From the NCBI GenBank assembly GCA_963789815.1, contig CAWBMG010000002.1, forward strand, positions 132,886 to 196,885: a stretch of 64,000 nucleotides of DNA. The letters are read 5' to 3'. This stretch comes from an uncultured Acidobacteriota bacterium. Its GTDB lineage: Bacteria > Acidobacteriota > Vicinamibacteria > Vicinamibacterales > UBA2999. Below the pieces are notes generated by a model that saw only the letters and a list, made by a program, of their open reading frames with translations, had not been told where the DNA came from and did not search any database. Of this stretch, positions 54,827-64,000 are shown one piece after another. A program made the translations under genes and the position numbers. Position 1 is the first letter of the stretch, and every line of letters begins with the position of its first letter.

Positions 54827-56476
54827 CTAGGACTTCTTGACGAGCACCTTCTCAACGGCGACCGGCTGGCCGCTCTTGCCGGTGGCTGCCTCATAGGCCT
54901 GGCGGTAGCCGCGCGCGATAGCGCGCAACGCCCGGCCGATATCGTCGTAGACGTGATCGTCCAAATTCGCGAACGAGATACGCACCGACCAGTCCGGAGC
55001 GGCAAAGCCGCCGCCGTTGAGCAGAACGATCCCATGGTCCTCGGCTAGCCGGAACACGATGTCGAGCGGATGCACGTTCGCCCTCATCCACTCGACGATG
55101 TCTTCGCCCACGTACTTGCGGGCAAAGAACTCGAAGTCGATGAGGCCGTAGTAGTAGTCGAATTGCGCGTTCGGACCGACCTCGATGCCCAGCCCCTCGA
55201 TCGTCGCTGCGACGCGTTTCTTGACGATGCCCAGGCAGGCTTTCTGATAGTCCTTCTTGGTGTCCATCAACTCGCTCAGAGAGAACATGGTCATCATCAC
55301 CTGCTGCGGCAGCGACAGGCCCGCCGTGTGATTCAGCGCGATGTCGCGGCTGTCGGCGACGATGCGGTCGATGAATGCGAACTTGCGGGGCTCGAGGGTG
55401 AGCCCGCCGTAGCGCTTGTCCAGCAGCTTCTTGATCGGCTCGGGATGAGCTGCGATCATCTCGTCGAAGATGTTGTCCTCGTGGACCGCGATCGTCCCCA
55501 GGCGCCAGCCGGTGCAGCCGAAGTACTTGCTGTAGGAGTAGACGCCGATGGTGTTCTTCGGGAACTCCCCCATCAGCGAGCGGAAGCCAGGTACGAAGGT
55601 GCCGTAGACGTCGTCGGTCAGCAGGATCAGTTCTGGCCGCTTCTTGAGCACGTCCCCGATCTTCTTGATGGTGCCTGCCGACATCGCCACCGCGTAGGGG
55701 TTGCCCGGGTTGACGACGAAGAACGCCTTGATCTTCGGATCGAGAAGCTTCTCGAGCTCCTCGTCCGGGTACTGAAACTGGTTTTCCTGCTTTGCGTGCA
55801 CCGAGACGAAGTGGAGGTCGTAGTCCTCGAGGTGCGCCATCTCGAGGTATGGCGTGAAGATCGGCACGCCGAGCGCGATCGTGTCGCCCTGATTCAGGAT
55901 GCGGTTGGCCTTCAGCGACTTGAAGATGTAGCACATGGCGGCGGTGCCGCCCTCGACCGCATAGATCTTGAACTTGCCCTTCGGATGCGGGCTGCCGCAC
56001 ATCGCCCACTCCAAGTACTCGTGGACGATCTGCTCGTTGTGCACCAGCATGCGGTCTGGCACGGGGTAATGGTCACCGATGATCGAATCGACGAGCTCGT
56101 GGACGAACTTGTCGGCGTCGAAGCCGAACTTCTGCACCGCGAACGGCACCATGCGTTGCAGGAACGGCGCCCCCGGCATGTCCTCGTGCTTCGCGAGCCA
56201 CTCGTCCAGCCGCGCCGCCATGCCCGCGGCTTTCGGCATGCCGCCGACGCCCGGCGGCAGGTCGAGTACGCGCTTGCTCTCGAGGACGGCGAACTGTCCG
56301 AGCAGGAAGAATCCCTCACGCGGCTCGGTCGCGACCCAGTTCGGGTTGCCGCGACCGGCATTGAGGTAGGTGAGCGACGATTCCTGCGCGGACTTCGTCG
56401 CCACCTTGGCGAGGAAGTCCTTGATCTCGAATGGGCCCAGCGTCTCGTACTGTTGATACTTCAGGTTTTGTTCCAT
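54827..56476 (-). CDS. aspD: Aspartate 4-decarboxylase (aspartate beta-decarboxylase), PLP-dependent
   Basis: Start moved to ATG 56476 (MEQNLKYQQYETLGPFEIKDFL). LNAGRGNPNW, VEGGTAAMCYIF, PIFTPYLEM, FFVVNPGNP, LLTDDVYGTF, SYSKYFGCTGWRLG (PLP lysine) and IALNHTAGLSLPQQV track the Pseudomonas/Alcaligenes AsdA sequence as I remember it. Confidence 0.88.
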   Translation of the reverse strand: MEQNLKYQQYETLGPFEIKDFLAKVATKSAQESSLTYLNAGRGNPNWVATEPREGFFLLGQFAVLESKRVLDLPPGVGGMPKAAGMAARLDEWLAKHEDMPGAPFLQRMVPFAVQKFGFDADKFVHELVDSIIGDHYPVPDRMLVHNEQIVHEYLEWAMCGSPHPKGKFKIYAVEGGTAAMCYIFKSLKANRILNQGDTIALGVPIFTPYLEMAHLEDYDLHFVSVHAKQENQFQYPDEELEKLLDPKIKAFFVVNPGNPYAVAMSAGTIKKIGDVLKKRPELILLTDDVYGTFVPGFRSLMGEFPKNTIGVYSYSKYFGCTGWRLGTIAVHEDNIFDEMIAAHPEPIKKLLDKRYGGLTLEPRKFAFIDRIVADSRDIALNHTAGLSLPQQVMMTMFSLSELMDTKKDYQKACLGIVKKRVAATIEGLGIEVGPNAQFDYYYGLIDFEFFARKYVGEDIVEWMRANVHPLDIVFRLAEDHGIVLLNGGGFAAPDWSVRISFANLDDHVYDDIGRALRAIARGYRQAYEAATGKSGQPVAVEKVLVKKS

Positions 56477-56499
56477 GAACGTGTCCTCAGGCTCCGTCG

Positions 56500-58248
56500 T
56501 TACGAAAGCAGAATGATCAGGACCATGCCCCAGATCGTCAGCAGCGTGTTGCCCACGGCGTAGGTCACGGTGTATCCGAGCGCCGGCACCTGGCTCTTGG
56601 CCTGGTCGCAGACCAGGCCAAGCGAGGCCGTCGTCGTGCGCGAGCCGGAGACGATGCCGAGCGTGAGCGCGTCGTGGAAGCGGAACACGAACTTGGCGAT
56701 CAACATGCCAATGATCAGAGGCACGGTCGTGGCAAGCGCGCCCCACAGGAACAGGCCCACGCCCTGCGTTTTCAAGCCATTCACAAAGCCCGGGCCGGCG
56801 GAAATGCCAACGATGGCGATGAAGATGTTGAGGCCGACCGAGTTCATGAACCAGATGGTCGGCGTCGGGACACGGCCGAAGCTCGGTCGAACCGATCGCA
56901 GCCACCCGCCGATGATTCCGGCGATGAGCGCGCCGCCGGCCGTGGACAGTGTCAGCGGCACGCCGCTGATGTTGAGAACCAGCGAGCCGAACAGGGCGCC
57001 GATGACGACAAAGGCACCCACGAACGCCATGTCGGTGACGTCGGTCGGGCGATCGGCGACACCCAGCAGCTTGATGGCTTTGTTGGTGTCCTGCGTCCGG
57101 CCGACAATCGTGAAGAGGTCGCCGCGATTGATCGTGGTGGTCGGCAGGATGGGGATGTTGGTCGCCGTCGCGCCGCGCGTGATCTTCCGGAGGAAGACGC
57201 CGCGTGTCTCCGGCATCTGCACCAGGTCGTTCAGCGTCTTGCCGTCGAGATCCTTGTTGCTGACGAGGACATCCAGGCCCTCGATCGGCACTGCCAGCAA
57301 CTCGCGATCCTCGACCTCGGTTGCATTCTCGCCGAGTATCTTCACGAGCACCTCACGGGCGCCCACGACCGCCACGACGTCGCCCTCGCGCAGAACGGTT
57401 TCCTCGGTCGCCTCCTCGATCACTCCGTTGCGGCGGATACGCAGGACGAACAGGCGTGCCGCGGGCACCTTGGCCTCGATCACTTGCAGGCCAGCGGCCT
57501 TCCCGCCCAGCTGCGACTGAGCCACCAGCGCCTCAGCCTCGATCACGCTTAGGTTCGCGGCCCTCCCGCCAGGCGGGATGCGATACGCCCGCAGTTCCCA
57601 GCGCCGCCAGGCCGTGCCGGGGCCGCCCAATTCCTTGACGCCGCCTTGCTTCTGCTCGTAGTCCTTGCACGCGGCCTCGAGATTGATGTTGAGGAGCTTG
57701 GGGCCGATGATGGCGATCACGATCGCAGAGCCCATGGTGCCGAACATGTAGCTCACGGCGTAGGCCACGGGCATCGAGTCGATCAGGGCTTTGGCTTGGT
57801 CGGCGGCCAGGCCCAACCGATTGATGGCGTCGGTCGAGAGCCCCATCGCGGCGGAGATCGTCTGCGACCCCGAGTACAGCCCGGCCGCATAGCCGAGGTC
57901 GTAGCCCGCGATCTTCGCGATCGCGACAGGGACCAGGAGGCTGAGGATGCATTGGACCGCAGAGAAGAGCGCCTGGGGCACGCCGTCCCTCGCGACGCCG
58001 CGAACGAACTGCGGCCCGACGGCGTAGCCGACCGCGAACAGGAACATGAGGAAGACCGTCGCCTTGAGAGGCTGAGCGATGGTGATCCCGATCTGCCCGA
58101 TTAGGACACCGGCCAGCAGCGTCGCCGTGACCGACCCCAGGCCGATGCCCTTGACCGTGAACTTGCCGAAGTAGTAGCCGATAGCAAGCGTCAGGAAGAT
58201 CGCGATTTCCGGGTACTGTTTCAGTGTCGCGAAAAACCAATCAATCAT
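56500..58248 (-). CDS. AAE-family (AspT/YidE/YbjL) transporter, second paralog
   Basis: 582-aa [57 protein letters not shown]. Central RCK_C-like segments ([27 protein letters not shown]). Second membrane half homologous to the first. Confidence 0.85.
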   Translation of the reverse strand: MIDWFFATLKQYPEIAIFLTLAIGYYFGKFTVKGIGLGSVTATLLAGVLIGQIGITIAQPLKATVFLMFLFAVGYAVGPQFVRGVARDGVPQALFSAVQCILSLLVPVAIAKIAGYDLGYAAGLYSGSQTISAAMGLSTDAINRLGLAADQAKALIDSMPVAYAVSYMFGTMGSAIVIAIIGPKLLNINLEAACKDYEQKQGGVKELGGPGTAWRRWELRAYRIPPGGRAANLSVIEAEALVAQSQLGGKAAGLQVIEAKVPAARLFVLRIRRNGVIEEATEETVLREGDVVAVVGAREVLVKILGENATEVEDRELLAVPIEGLDVLVSNKDLDGKTLNDLVQMPETRGVFLRKITRGATATNIPILPTTTINRGDLFTIVGRTQDTNKAIKLLGVADRPTDVTDMAFVGAFVVIGALFGSLVLNISGVPLTLSTAGGALIAGIIGGWLRSVRPSFGRVPTPTIWFMNSVGLNIFIAIVGISAGPGFVNGLKTQGVGLFLWGALATTVPLIIGMLIAKFVFRFHDALTLGIVSGSRTTTASLGLVCDQAKSQVPALGYTVTYAVGNTLLTIWGMVLIILLS

Positions 58249-58304
58249 GATTTGCTCCGTTTGGTATCGCTCATGTGCCGTGGCGCAGTGGTTGACTACC
58301 TGCG

Positions 58305-61097
58305 CTACACGCCGACATGTACCGGTGTCGGTTTGACCCTCTTCGTGTTATCCCCCGGCACGGCCTTCGTGTTGTCCCCCAGGACGGCGGGGCTAATCAG
58401 CTTGAGCCCGAGGTTGGCGTCGTAGCCGTGAATCTCCTTGACGTCCAGCTTGCGCATGAACTCGATGGTGTCGGCCTTGATCACCTGCCCTGGCACCATG
58501 ATGGGGAAGCCCGGCGGGTAAGGGATCACGAAGTGGGCCGAAACGAGTGGCGGTCCGGAGAGGAGGCGCTTGTCGATCTCGGGGCTCATCAGCTTCAGGT
58601 GCTCGCACCCGCCGTGGTCGTAGGCCATGTAGAACGCCGTACGCATGTCGCCTTCGAGCGTCGTGCCCTGCGGCTCGTCGCGGAAACGGGCGTGGAAGTA
58701 GCTGAAGTTGGGCAGCTCGGGGACGTCCTCCACCAGCGACTTCACGCGCGCTGCGAAGGCCTTCTGCACCTGTTCACCGCCGCTCTTGAGACGCTCCTCG
58801 ATCTCCTTCGAGATTTCGACGAGCACCTTGAGCAGGTTCGCGACGTCGCTGCGTGTGTTGTTGATGTTGGTCTGCAGCAGAATCGAGTTGCGTGAGGTCT
58901 TGTTGAGCTGAATCTCGTACTCGGCGGCGAGCAGGTTCTTGAACTGCGTGCCGTCGTAGCCCGCGGTCCCGCAGAACAGCGTGAGCCGGGTCGGGTCGAG
59001 GATGAACTCGTCCTCGCGGAAAGCGCGAGCCGCATCCGCCCACGTGGCGCCGCCCTCGCTGTAGGTCTTGAGGCCGGACTGCCGATACTCGGCTGGTACC
59101 ATGTCGGCCACATCGAGGACCCGGAAGTACTTGGACACCAGCGGATGGGTGTTCACCGCGTGGCGGATCTCGATCGCGAGTTGAATGGCCTGCATGACCA
59201 GCCCATAGCCTTCCAGCTCCATTTGGCGGCGCGCCACGTCGAGCGAGGCGATGATCTGCTGGTTTGGAGAGGTCGAGGCGTGAGTAAACACCGCCTCCTT
59301 GAAGGCCTGCTCGTGGCGCTGGTAGTCCTCGTCAGCCACCAGCACCATCGAGCCTTGACGCAGCGAGGACATCGACTTGTGCGTCGAGTTCGTCTGGTAG
59401 ATGCGCAGCTTGGCCTTGCGCGGATCGGGTATGAGCCGCGTGTCGAGCACTCGCGTGTCCTTAGGGTCGAAGTCCGCGCCGAGCTGCTTCTCCTGCGCGA
59501 GGTACCTCTCCAAGTACGCGGGGTCGGCGAAAGCCTCTTTCAGATCCGCGCGCGCGCCCATCGCCGTGCGTGGGCGGTAGAGCGGCGAGAAACGGGCGAA
59601 GCCGAACCAGGCCTCGTCCCAGAGGAAGATGAGGTCGGGCTTGATCGCCAGACACTCTTCCATCACGCGGCGCACGTCGTACACGTGACCGTCGAAGGTG
59701 CAGTTGGTCAGCGTGACCGTCTTCACCTTGTGGAGCCGGCCCGCTGCCTTGAGGTCGAGCAACGCCTTCTTGATGGCCCGCACCGGCACGGCGCCGTACA
59801 TCGAGAACGCCACCATGGGGAAGGCCTCGACGTAGTACGGCTGGGCCCCCGCCAGCACCATCCCGTAGTGGTGCGACTTGTGACAGTTGCGATCCGCGAT
59901 CACGATGTCGCCCGGTTTCAGCAACGCCTGATGGACCATCTTGTTAGAAGTCGACGTGCCGTTGGTCACGAAGAACACGCGGTCGGCACCGAAAGCGCGG
60001 GCGGCCGCGTCCTGTGCCTTCTTGATGTTGCCCGTAGGCTCGAGCAGGCTGTCCAGGCCGCCCGAGGTCGCTGAGGATTCCGCGAGGAACAGGTTGGCCC
60101 CGTAGAACTCGCCCATGTCGCTGATCCAGTTCGACTTGAAGATCGACTTACCCCGCGCGACCGGTAGCGCGTGAAAGGTTCCCACAGGCTTCTGCGCGTA
60201 TTTCTTGAGGTTGTCGAAGAACGGCGTCTCGTTGCGTTCGGCGACGCCAGAGAGGATCGAAAGGTGGATCTCGAGCGGCTCCTCGACCTCGTAGAAGATG
60301 CGACGGATTCCCGCAGCCGCCGGGTCTGAGATCATCGCCTCGGGGTTCCTGTCGGCGAGCACGATGATGTCGAGCTCCGGCCGGAAGCGCTTGACGATCG
60401 CCGCCAGCTTCAGAGCGTAGTCGCCCGACGCGCGATCCTTGTCGAGAGACAGCCTGGACGACAGAACATTTTTCAGCAGCGGTACGTCGCGCGATGACTC
60501 GTAGGGAAAGCCGTCGTAGATCACCACCGACTCGAGGTTCGTGTTGAGGATCACGGCCAGCACCGCGTCCTCAAACGAGCCGACGAACACGGGCTCGTAG
60601 ACGAACGCGTCACTGGCGCGCCGCAGCTTCCGGACGTGCTGACCGTGCGCGGGCCAGCGCGAGGGCGGCGTAGGCGTCACGAACAACACCTCGAAATAGG
60701 GCCGCCCTGTCGACTCCCCCAGTGCGGTCGGCATCGCGCGCTCCGTCGCGGGCGCGTCGTCCTCCGATTCCCACTCTCCGGCATCGCTGCGGTAGCTCCG
60801 CGACATGAGCGCCGATGAGACTCGCTGCACCAGCCGCGCCGTGCCCAGTGCGTCCGCGCCGGCGAGGCGTTCCTTGAGAGCGTTGAGCAGGCGCGCACCC
60901 GGGTAGGCCTGGAAGGCTTCCATGGGCAAGAGTGCGGTGAGCGCCTCGTTGCACGCGGCCTGCAAACCCGCATCGCCGCGGCTCGCCGGATTCGCGGTCC
61001 AGGCCTGCGCCGCCCGGCTCAGGTCACGCCACAAATCGAGGCGTGCGGCAACCGCGGAGAAGAAGTGGTCGATCTTAGGTGCTTGGGTCTTTGCCAT
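58305..61097 (-). CDS. Large Orn/Lys/Arg decarboxylase-family (fold-type I, OKR_DC_1) PLP enzyme, 930 aa
   Basis: PLP-lysine motif [31 protein letters not shown] and [14 protein letters not shown] match the major domain. A wing-like domain FEVLFVTP...[33 protein letters not shown] is preceded by about 130 extra N-terminal residues. Confidence 0.85.
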   Translation of the reverse strand: MAKTQAPKIDHFFSAVAARLDLWRDLSRAAQAWTANPASRGDAGLQAACNEALTALLPMEAFQAYPGARLLNALKERLAGADALGTARLVQRVSSALMSRSYRSDAGEWESEDDAPATERAMPTALGESTGRPYFEVLFVTPTPPSRWPAHGQHVRKLRRASDAFVYEPVFVGSFEDAVLAVILNTNLESVVIYDGFPYESSRDVPLLKNVLSSRLSLDKDRASGDYALKLAAIVKRFRPELDIIVLADRNPEAMISDPAAAGIRRIFYEVEEPLEIHLSILSGVAERNETPFFDNLKKYAQKPVGTFHALPVARGKSIFKSNWISDMGEFYGANLFLAESSATSGGLDSLLEPTGNIKKAQDAAARAFGADRVFFVTNGTSTSNKMVHQALLKPGDIVIADRNCHKSHHYGMVLAGAQPYYVEAFPMVAFSMYGAVPVRAIKKALLDLKAAGRLHKVKTVTLTNCTFDGHVYDVRRVMEECLAIKPDLIFLWDEAWFGFARFSPLYRPRTAMGARADLKEAFADPAYLERYLAQEKQLGADFDPKDTRVLDTRLIPDPRKAKLRIYQTNSTHKSMSSLRQGSMVLVADEDYQRHEQAFKEAVFTHASTSPNQQIIASLDVARRQMELEGYGLVMQAIQLAIEIRHAVNTHPLVSKYFRVLDVADMVPAEYRQSGLKTYSEGGATWADAARAFREDEFILDPTRLTLFCGTAGYDGTQFKNLLAAEYEIQLNKTSRNSILLQTNINNTRSDVANLLKVLVEISKEIEERLKSGGEQVQKAFAARVKSLVEDVPELPNFSYFHARFRDEPQGTTLEGDMRTAFYMAYDHGGCEHLKLMSPEIDKRLLSGPPLVSAHFVIPYPPGFPIMVPGQVIKADTIEFMRKLDVKEIHGYDANLGLKLISPAVLGDNTKAVPGDNTKRVKPTPVHVGV

Positions 61098-61234
61098 CGA
61101 ATTGCTCCTATGTGTCAGAGAGCGGCAGGTGATGGTCGCAAGGGATGACTCGCGACACGCGGCAGTCAGAGCGCCGGCAGAAGTGCTCGACGTGCAATCG
61201 CACTGGCGCGGTGATCACGGTGCTCATGTCGTCA

Positions 61235-62509
61235 CTACGGGAGGTTGAAGCGGACCGCGAACTGAAGCCGATTCGCAGACGCTTCGTCACCGCCGAAGAC
61301 TTCGCGGTTGCCGTACAGATACTCGATGCCGGCCCACGCACGGTTCGGCAGAAACCAGTAGATGAAGTTGAACGCCGCGTAATCGAGTTGCTTGTTGAAC
61401 GAGGCCGCGTAGTAATCGTGGTCCTCTACCTGTGTCACGCTGTACACGACGTTGGACGTGGCTCTCGACGACCAGTAATGCTCGTAGCCGCCCATGATCG
61501 CGGTGAGCCCGACGGCCCGCAGCTGGCCGGTCTCGTCGGGCACGGCGGTCACGCCCCCGCGGTAGCGGCCAACACCATCGCCGAAGGTGAACTGTCCATA
61601 GACGTAGTCACTGCCGACAGTCTTCAACCTCCCGGACAGAAGGGCACCCCACAGCGTCACGTTGTCCGGATCGCCCTCGGTCGGGCGATAGCGCCCCTTG
61701 CCGAGAAAGACCGAGGCAACGGCGTGTCCGCGCGACCCCCCGAAGCGGATTCTGGTGGTCAGATCTGGATTCGGGTACTCGGCCTTGCCGGGCACCGAGG
61801 GCTTCTCGATCGACGAATTGTTGTCCTCGACCGACACCGACCATGACGATTTGTCGTTCAGCTTCGCGGTGAAGCGCACCTGCGCCTGCCGAAACGAGGG
61901 AAACGCCATTGGCGACTCGAAGTCGATCGTGTTTGGGAAGTTGTCGGGGTCCAGGAAGTTGGTCCAGGTCTGTCCCGCCAGCAGCCCACCATAGCTGCCG
62001 TACGCGTGGCGCAGGCGGAACACACTGCCACTCCCGTAGAAATCGCCCTCGACGTACATCTGCAGTTCCTTGCCCTCGGCCCCGATCGGGCCGCGGATGT
62101 CGAGGAACAGCCGTGTCTCACGCGCATGGACTCTCGAATTGCCGCCGTCTTCCGACGGCACGACGATCGTGCGTGGATCGAATGAGTCCTCGGACGTGAT
62201 GGCGTCGTAGTCCTTGATGATATCGAGCTTGATCCGGCCTCCCGGCTTGAAGTTGAACAGGCCGACCTTGAATCCGTCGGGTGCCGGCTCGACCTGTACT
62301 TCGGTTTTTGGCGGCGGGTTCTGCTCGTTGGCCGGCGGCTCCGCGGGCCCGCCTTCGACGTCCGTCGGCGCCGCGGGTCCGCTCGCGGCCGGCGAACTCG
62401 TCTGAGCGTTGGCCGAGTTGAATGAAGACAGAAGAACCGCCAGCAACACGAGCGCGTTCACCACGCTGCCAAACGGCCTACTCCGTGTCACGTTTCCTCG
62501 TTGCGTCAT
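61235..62509 (-). CDS. Outer-membrane porin, DcaP-like
   Basis: 424-aa ORF. Signal ...VLLAVLLSSFNSANAQ, then a Pro-rich linker. GGRIKLDIIKDYD, ETRLFLDIRG, FRLRHAYGSYGGLLAGQTWTNF and terminal LQFAVRFNLP. The DcaP resemblance is from memory. Confidence 0.6.
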   Translation of the reverse strand: MTQRGNVTRSRPFGSVVNALVLLAVLLSSFNSANAQTSSPAASGPAAPTDVEGGPAEPPANEQNPPPKTEVQVEPAPDGFKVGLFNFKPGGRIKLDIIKDYDAITSEDSFDPRTIVVPSEDGGNSRVHARETRLFLDIRGPIGAEGKELQMYVEGDFYGSGSVFRLRHAYGSYGGLLAGQTWTNFLDPDNFPNTIDFESPMAFPSFRQAQVRFTAKLNDKSSWSVSVEDNNSSIEKPSVPGKAEYPNPDLTTRIRFGGSRGHAVASVFLGKGRYRPTEGDPDNVTLWGALLSGRLKTVGSDYVYGQFTFGDGVGRYRGGVTAVPDETGQLRAVGLTAIMGGYEHYWSSRATSNVVYSVTQVEDHDYYAASFNKQLDYAAFNFIYWFLPNRAWAGIEYLYGNREVFGGDEASANRLQFAVRFNLP

Positions 62510-62788
62510 GGATCTCTCCGCGCTGCCATCCCCTGGTCATCCGCTCGCCCCGAATAACTACTGCGCGACGTGCGCTGAGCGACTGGCCCAGAGTTGTCGC
62601 CCAGGTTCTTGCCGACCGCTTCTCCTCGGCTCTGTCGAATACAGCACGCTCAGTGCCAATGCCGCGACGACAATCTCAACGCGCCGGCTCTGTGACATTC
62701 GGCGTTCGAAGAACTAGGCTTCAAGCCCACATATTGGGCGGGAGGGGGGTTCGCAGGTCGCCGTCAGCGCGCTGCGTGCTGTCGCGGG

Positions 62789-62828
62789 ATCACTGCCTAT
62801 CGTCAGGGCCATCACGGCAGGCAGTGAT
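62789..62828. promoter_or_regulatory. Perfect 10-bp inverted repeat ATCACTGCCT-N20-AGGCAGTGAT in the divergent intergenic region
   Basis: Read directly from the sequence (arms 62789-62798 and 62819-62828). It lies between the porin start (62509) and the nrfH remnant start (62971). Confidence 0.3.
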
Positions 62829-62970
62829 GAGCGCGAGATCAAGAACGCGTGGTGGTCCTTCGGGGCTGCCGATGTCTCGGGAGTCGCGCTCTCAATGGGG
62901 GCACGCTCGTTGCTATCGAGCGGCTCATGTCGCGTGACACCAGGGTCATGACGTCGCCGGGGACGTGTGA

Positions 62971-63081
62971 ATGAAGGCCTCCCACGCGTCAATGGTGATT
63001 GCCGTGATGGTGAACGGCGTTGCGCTCGGGCTCGGTTCCTACACGTTTGCGTATGCGCGAGGCTGGGCCTACAGTCGGTGA
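62971..63081 (+). pseudogene. nrfH: nrfH (NapC/NirT-family tetrahaem cytochrome) 5' remnant, first ~34 codons only
   Basis: My translation is MKASHASMVIAVMVNGVALGLGSYTFAYARGWAY, then SR*. This is the TM helix plus the start of the conserved A-x-G-x-(S/A)-Y-L-S motif of NrfH. No haem CxxCH motifs follow. Confidence 0.5.
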
Positions 63082-63133
63082 AGCCTGTCTCGCGGTAGTA
63101 CTGGTAGATCTGGTCCACCTTCAGGCCCTTGGC
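63074..63133 (-). pseudogene. nrfA: 60-nt nrfA fragment in inverted orientation
   Basis: The reverse complement reads GCC AAG GGC CTG AAG GTG GAC CAG ATC TAC CAG TAC TAC CGC GAG ACA GGC TTC ACC GAC = [20 protein letters not shown]. In NrfA this stretch immediately precedes [19 protein letters not shown], which is found on the plus strand from 63135. Confidence 0.7.
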
Positions 63134-63134
63134 C

Positions 63135-63665
63135 TGGACGCACGCCGAAACTGGAGCGCCCACGCTCAAGGCCCAGCATCCCGAGTTCGAAATGTGGAAC
63201 CAGGGCATTCACGCGCGCTCCGGAGTGGCTTGCGCCGACTGCCATATGCCCTACATGCGCGAGGGCGCGCAGAAGATCAGCGACCATCACGTGCGAAGCC
63301 CGGTGTTGAACATCAACCGCGCGTGCCAGACGTGTCACAAGTGGTCCGAGGAAGAACTGAAGGGGCGCGTGGAGACCGTCCAGCAGCGCACGGTGGATCT
63401 CCGGAACCGGCCGATGGATGCGCTCATGGCGCTCATCGCCGACATCAAGGCGGCAAAGGCAGCGGGCGTGCCTGACGCGCAGTTGACAGACCCACGCGAG
63501 TTCCAGCGCCACGGACAGTTCTATCTCGACTTCGTCGAGTCGGAAAACTCGAACGGCTTCCATGCGCCACAGGAGGCGGCGCGCATCCTGGGAGAGGCCA
63601 TCGACTACATCAGGCAGGGGCAGTTGTCGCTGCGGGCTGCGCCTGTGTCTCCACAGAAACCCTGA
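63135..63665 (+). pseudogene. nrfA: nrfA (pentahaem cytochrome c nitrite reductase) 3' fragment, last ~176 codons
   Basis: [79 protein letters not shown]...[20 protein letters not shown]. This covers haem motifs 4 and 5 (CADCH, CQTCH) and the C-terminal helices. The frame is closed by TAG at 63105 upstream. Confidence 0.8.
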
Positions 63666-63730
63666 CGTCCGACGTCAGTCATCCTTCATGGCAGACATGA
63701 CCGCGAAAGATGAGAGGACCTAGCAGCGAA

Positions 63731-64000
63731 TCAGTAGCGCTCGCGCACGAAGCGCCGACGCGCGATCGACGCATCGTCGTCGTACGCACCCTTCGACGAC
63801 CGCTTCGGCAGCTCCACGACGGTCTGGGGCAGTTTCTTGTGCGGAATCACTGAAAGCAGATGCGCGATCGTGTTCAGGCGTGCCGTCCGCTTGTCATCCG
63901 ACCGGACGATGTACCACGGCGCGAAATCCGTATCGGTCTTCTTGAGCATGATGTCACGCGCGCGGGAATAGTCGTACCAACGCTTCCGGGAGGGCAGGTC
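63731..64000 (-). CDS. ppk2: Polyphosphate kinase 2 (PPK2), C-terminal part (5' end beyond the window)
   Basis: The track ORF MLKKTDTDFAPWYIVRSDDKRTARLNTIAHLLSVIP... continues upstream in frame (WYDYSRARDIML...) to the window edge. APWY(I/V)(V/I) is the PPK2 lid-region signature. Confidence 0.8.
   Translation of the reverse strand, partial: DLPSRKRWYDYSRARDIMLKKTDTDFAPWYIVRSDDKRTARLNTIAHLLSVIPHKKLPQTVVELPKRSSKGAYDDDASIARRRFVRERY

Noticed and set aside
62714-63208. 164-aa minus-strand ORF across the nrf junction
   Set aside because: Only 20 codons (63074-63133) are NrfA-like. The rest is compositionally non-coding, so it is interpreted as a chance ORF created by the inverted fragment.

Overview
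High-GC bacterial chromosomal segment (roughly two-thirds G+C by eye). The gene content includes a CarboxypepD_reg-type TonB receptor, many DUF4136-type lipoproteins, Omp85 barrels and a sigma-54 activator. This suggests a diderm soil bacterium such as Acidobacteriota or Gemmatimonadota, but that is inference only. I call about 55 protein-coding genes or gene remnants. I recognised no rRNA, tRNA, CRISPR array, transposase, integrase or phage gene. Layout: (1) 0-5 kb holds an NfeD-type protease, a Tat-exported hydrolase, and a tight AAA+ / HExxH-vWA / membrane-protein operon. (2) 5-10.5 kb holds a TonB-dependent receptor, a PAP2 phosphatase and a transporter. (3) 10.5-18.5 kb is a signalling island with REC-MEDS, two PAS/HisKA_3 kinases, REC-REC-LuxR, a sigma-54 activator and a STAS protein. 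(4) 18.6-33 kb holds an Omp85 protein, PPK2, MscS, a GH13 plus GH63-like pair and an MltF-like transglycosylase. (5) 33-52 kb is an accessory-looking envelope region rich in DUF4136 paralogs and small beta-barrel OMPs. It includes a 1.5-kb direct repeat pair bracketing a seven-gene secreted/outer-membrane operon. (6) 53-62.5 kb is a five-gene minus-strand cluster: porin, large Orn/Lys/Arg-type decarboxylase, AAE transporter, aspartate 4-decarboxylase, AAE transporter. I consider this the most interesting candidate system, as two tandem decarboxylase-antiporter modules. (7) 62.9-63.7 kb is a rearranged nrfHA remnant with a 60-bp in-situ inversion, followed by a second PPK2 at the window edge. 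The window also carries many localised gene lesions: frameshifts, one in-frame TAG, a decayed duplicate and a tandem 190-bp duplication. These are either real pseudogenisation or local assembly error. All family assignments come from motif recognition in the supplied translations; no database search was possible.
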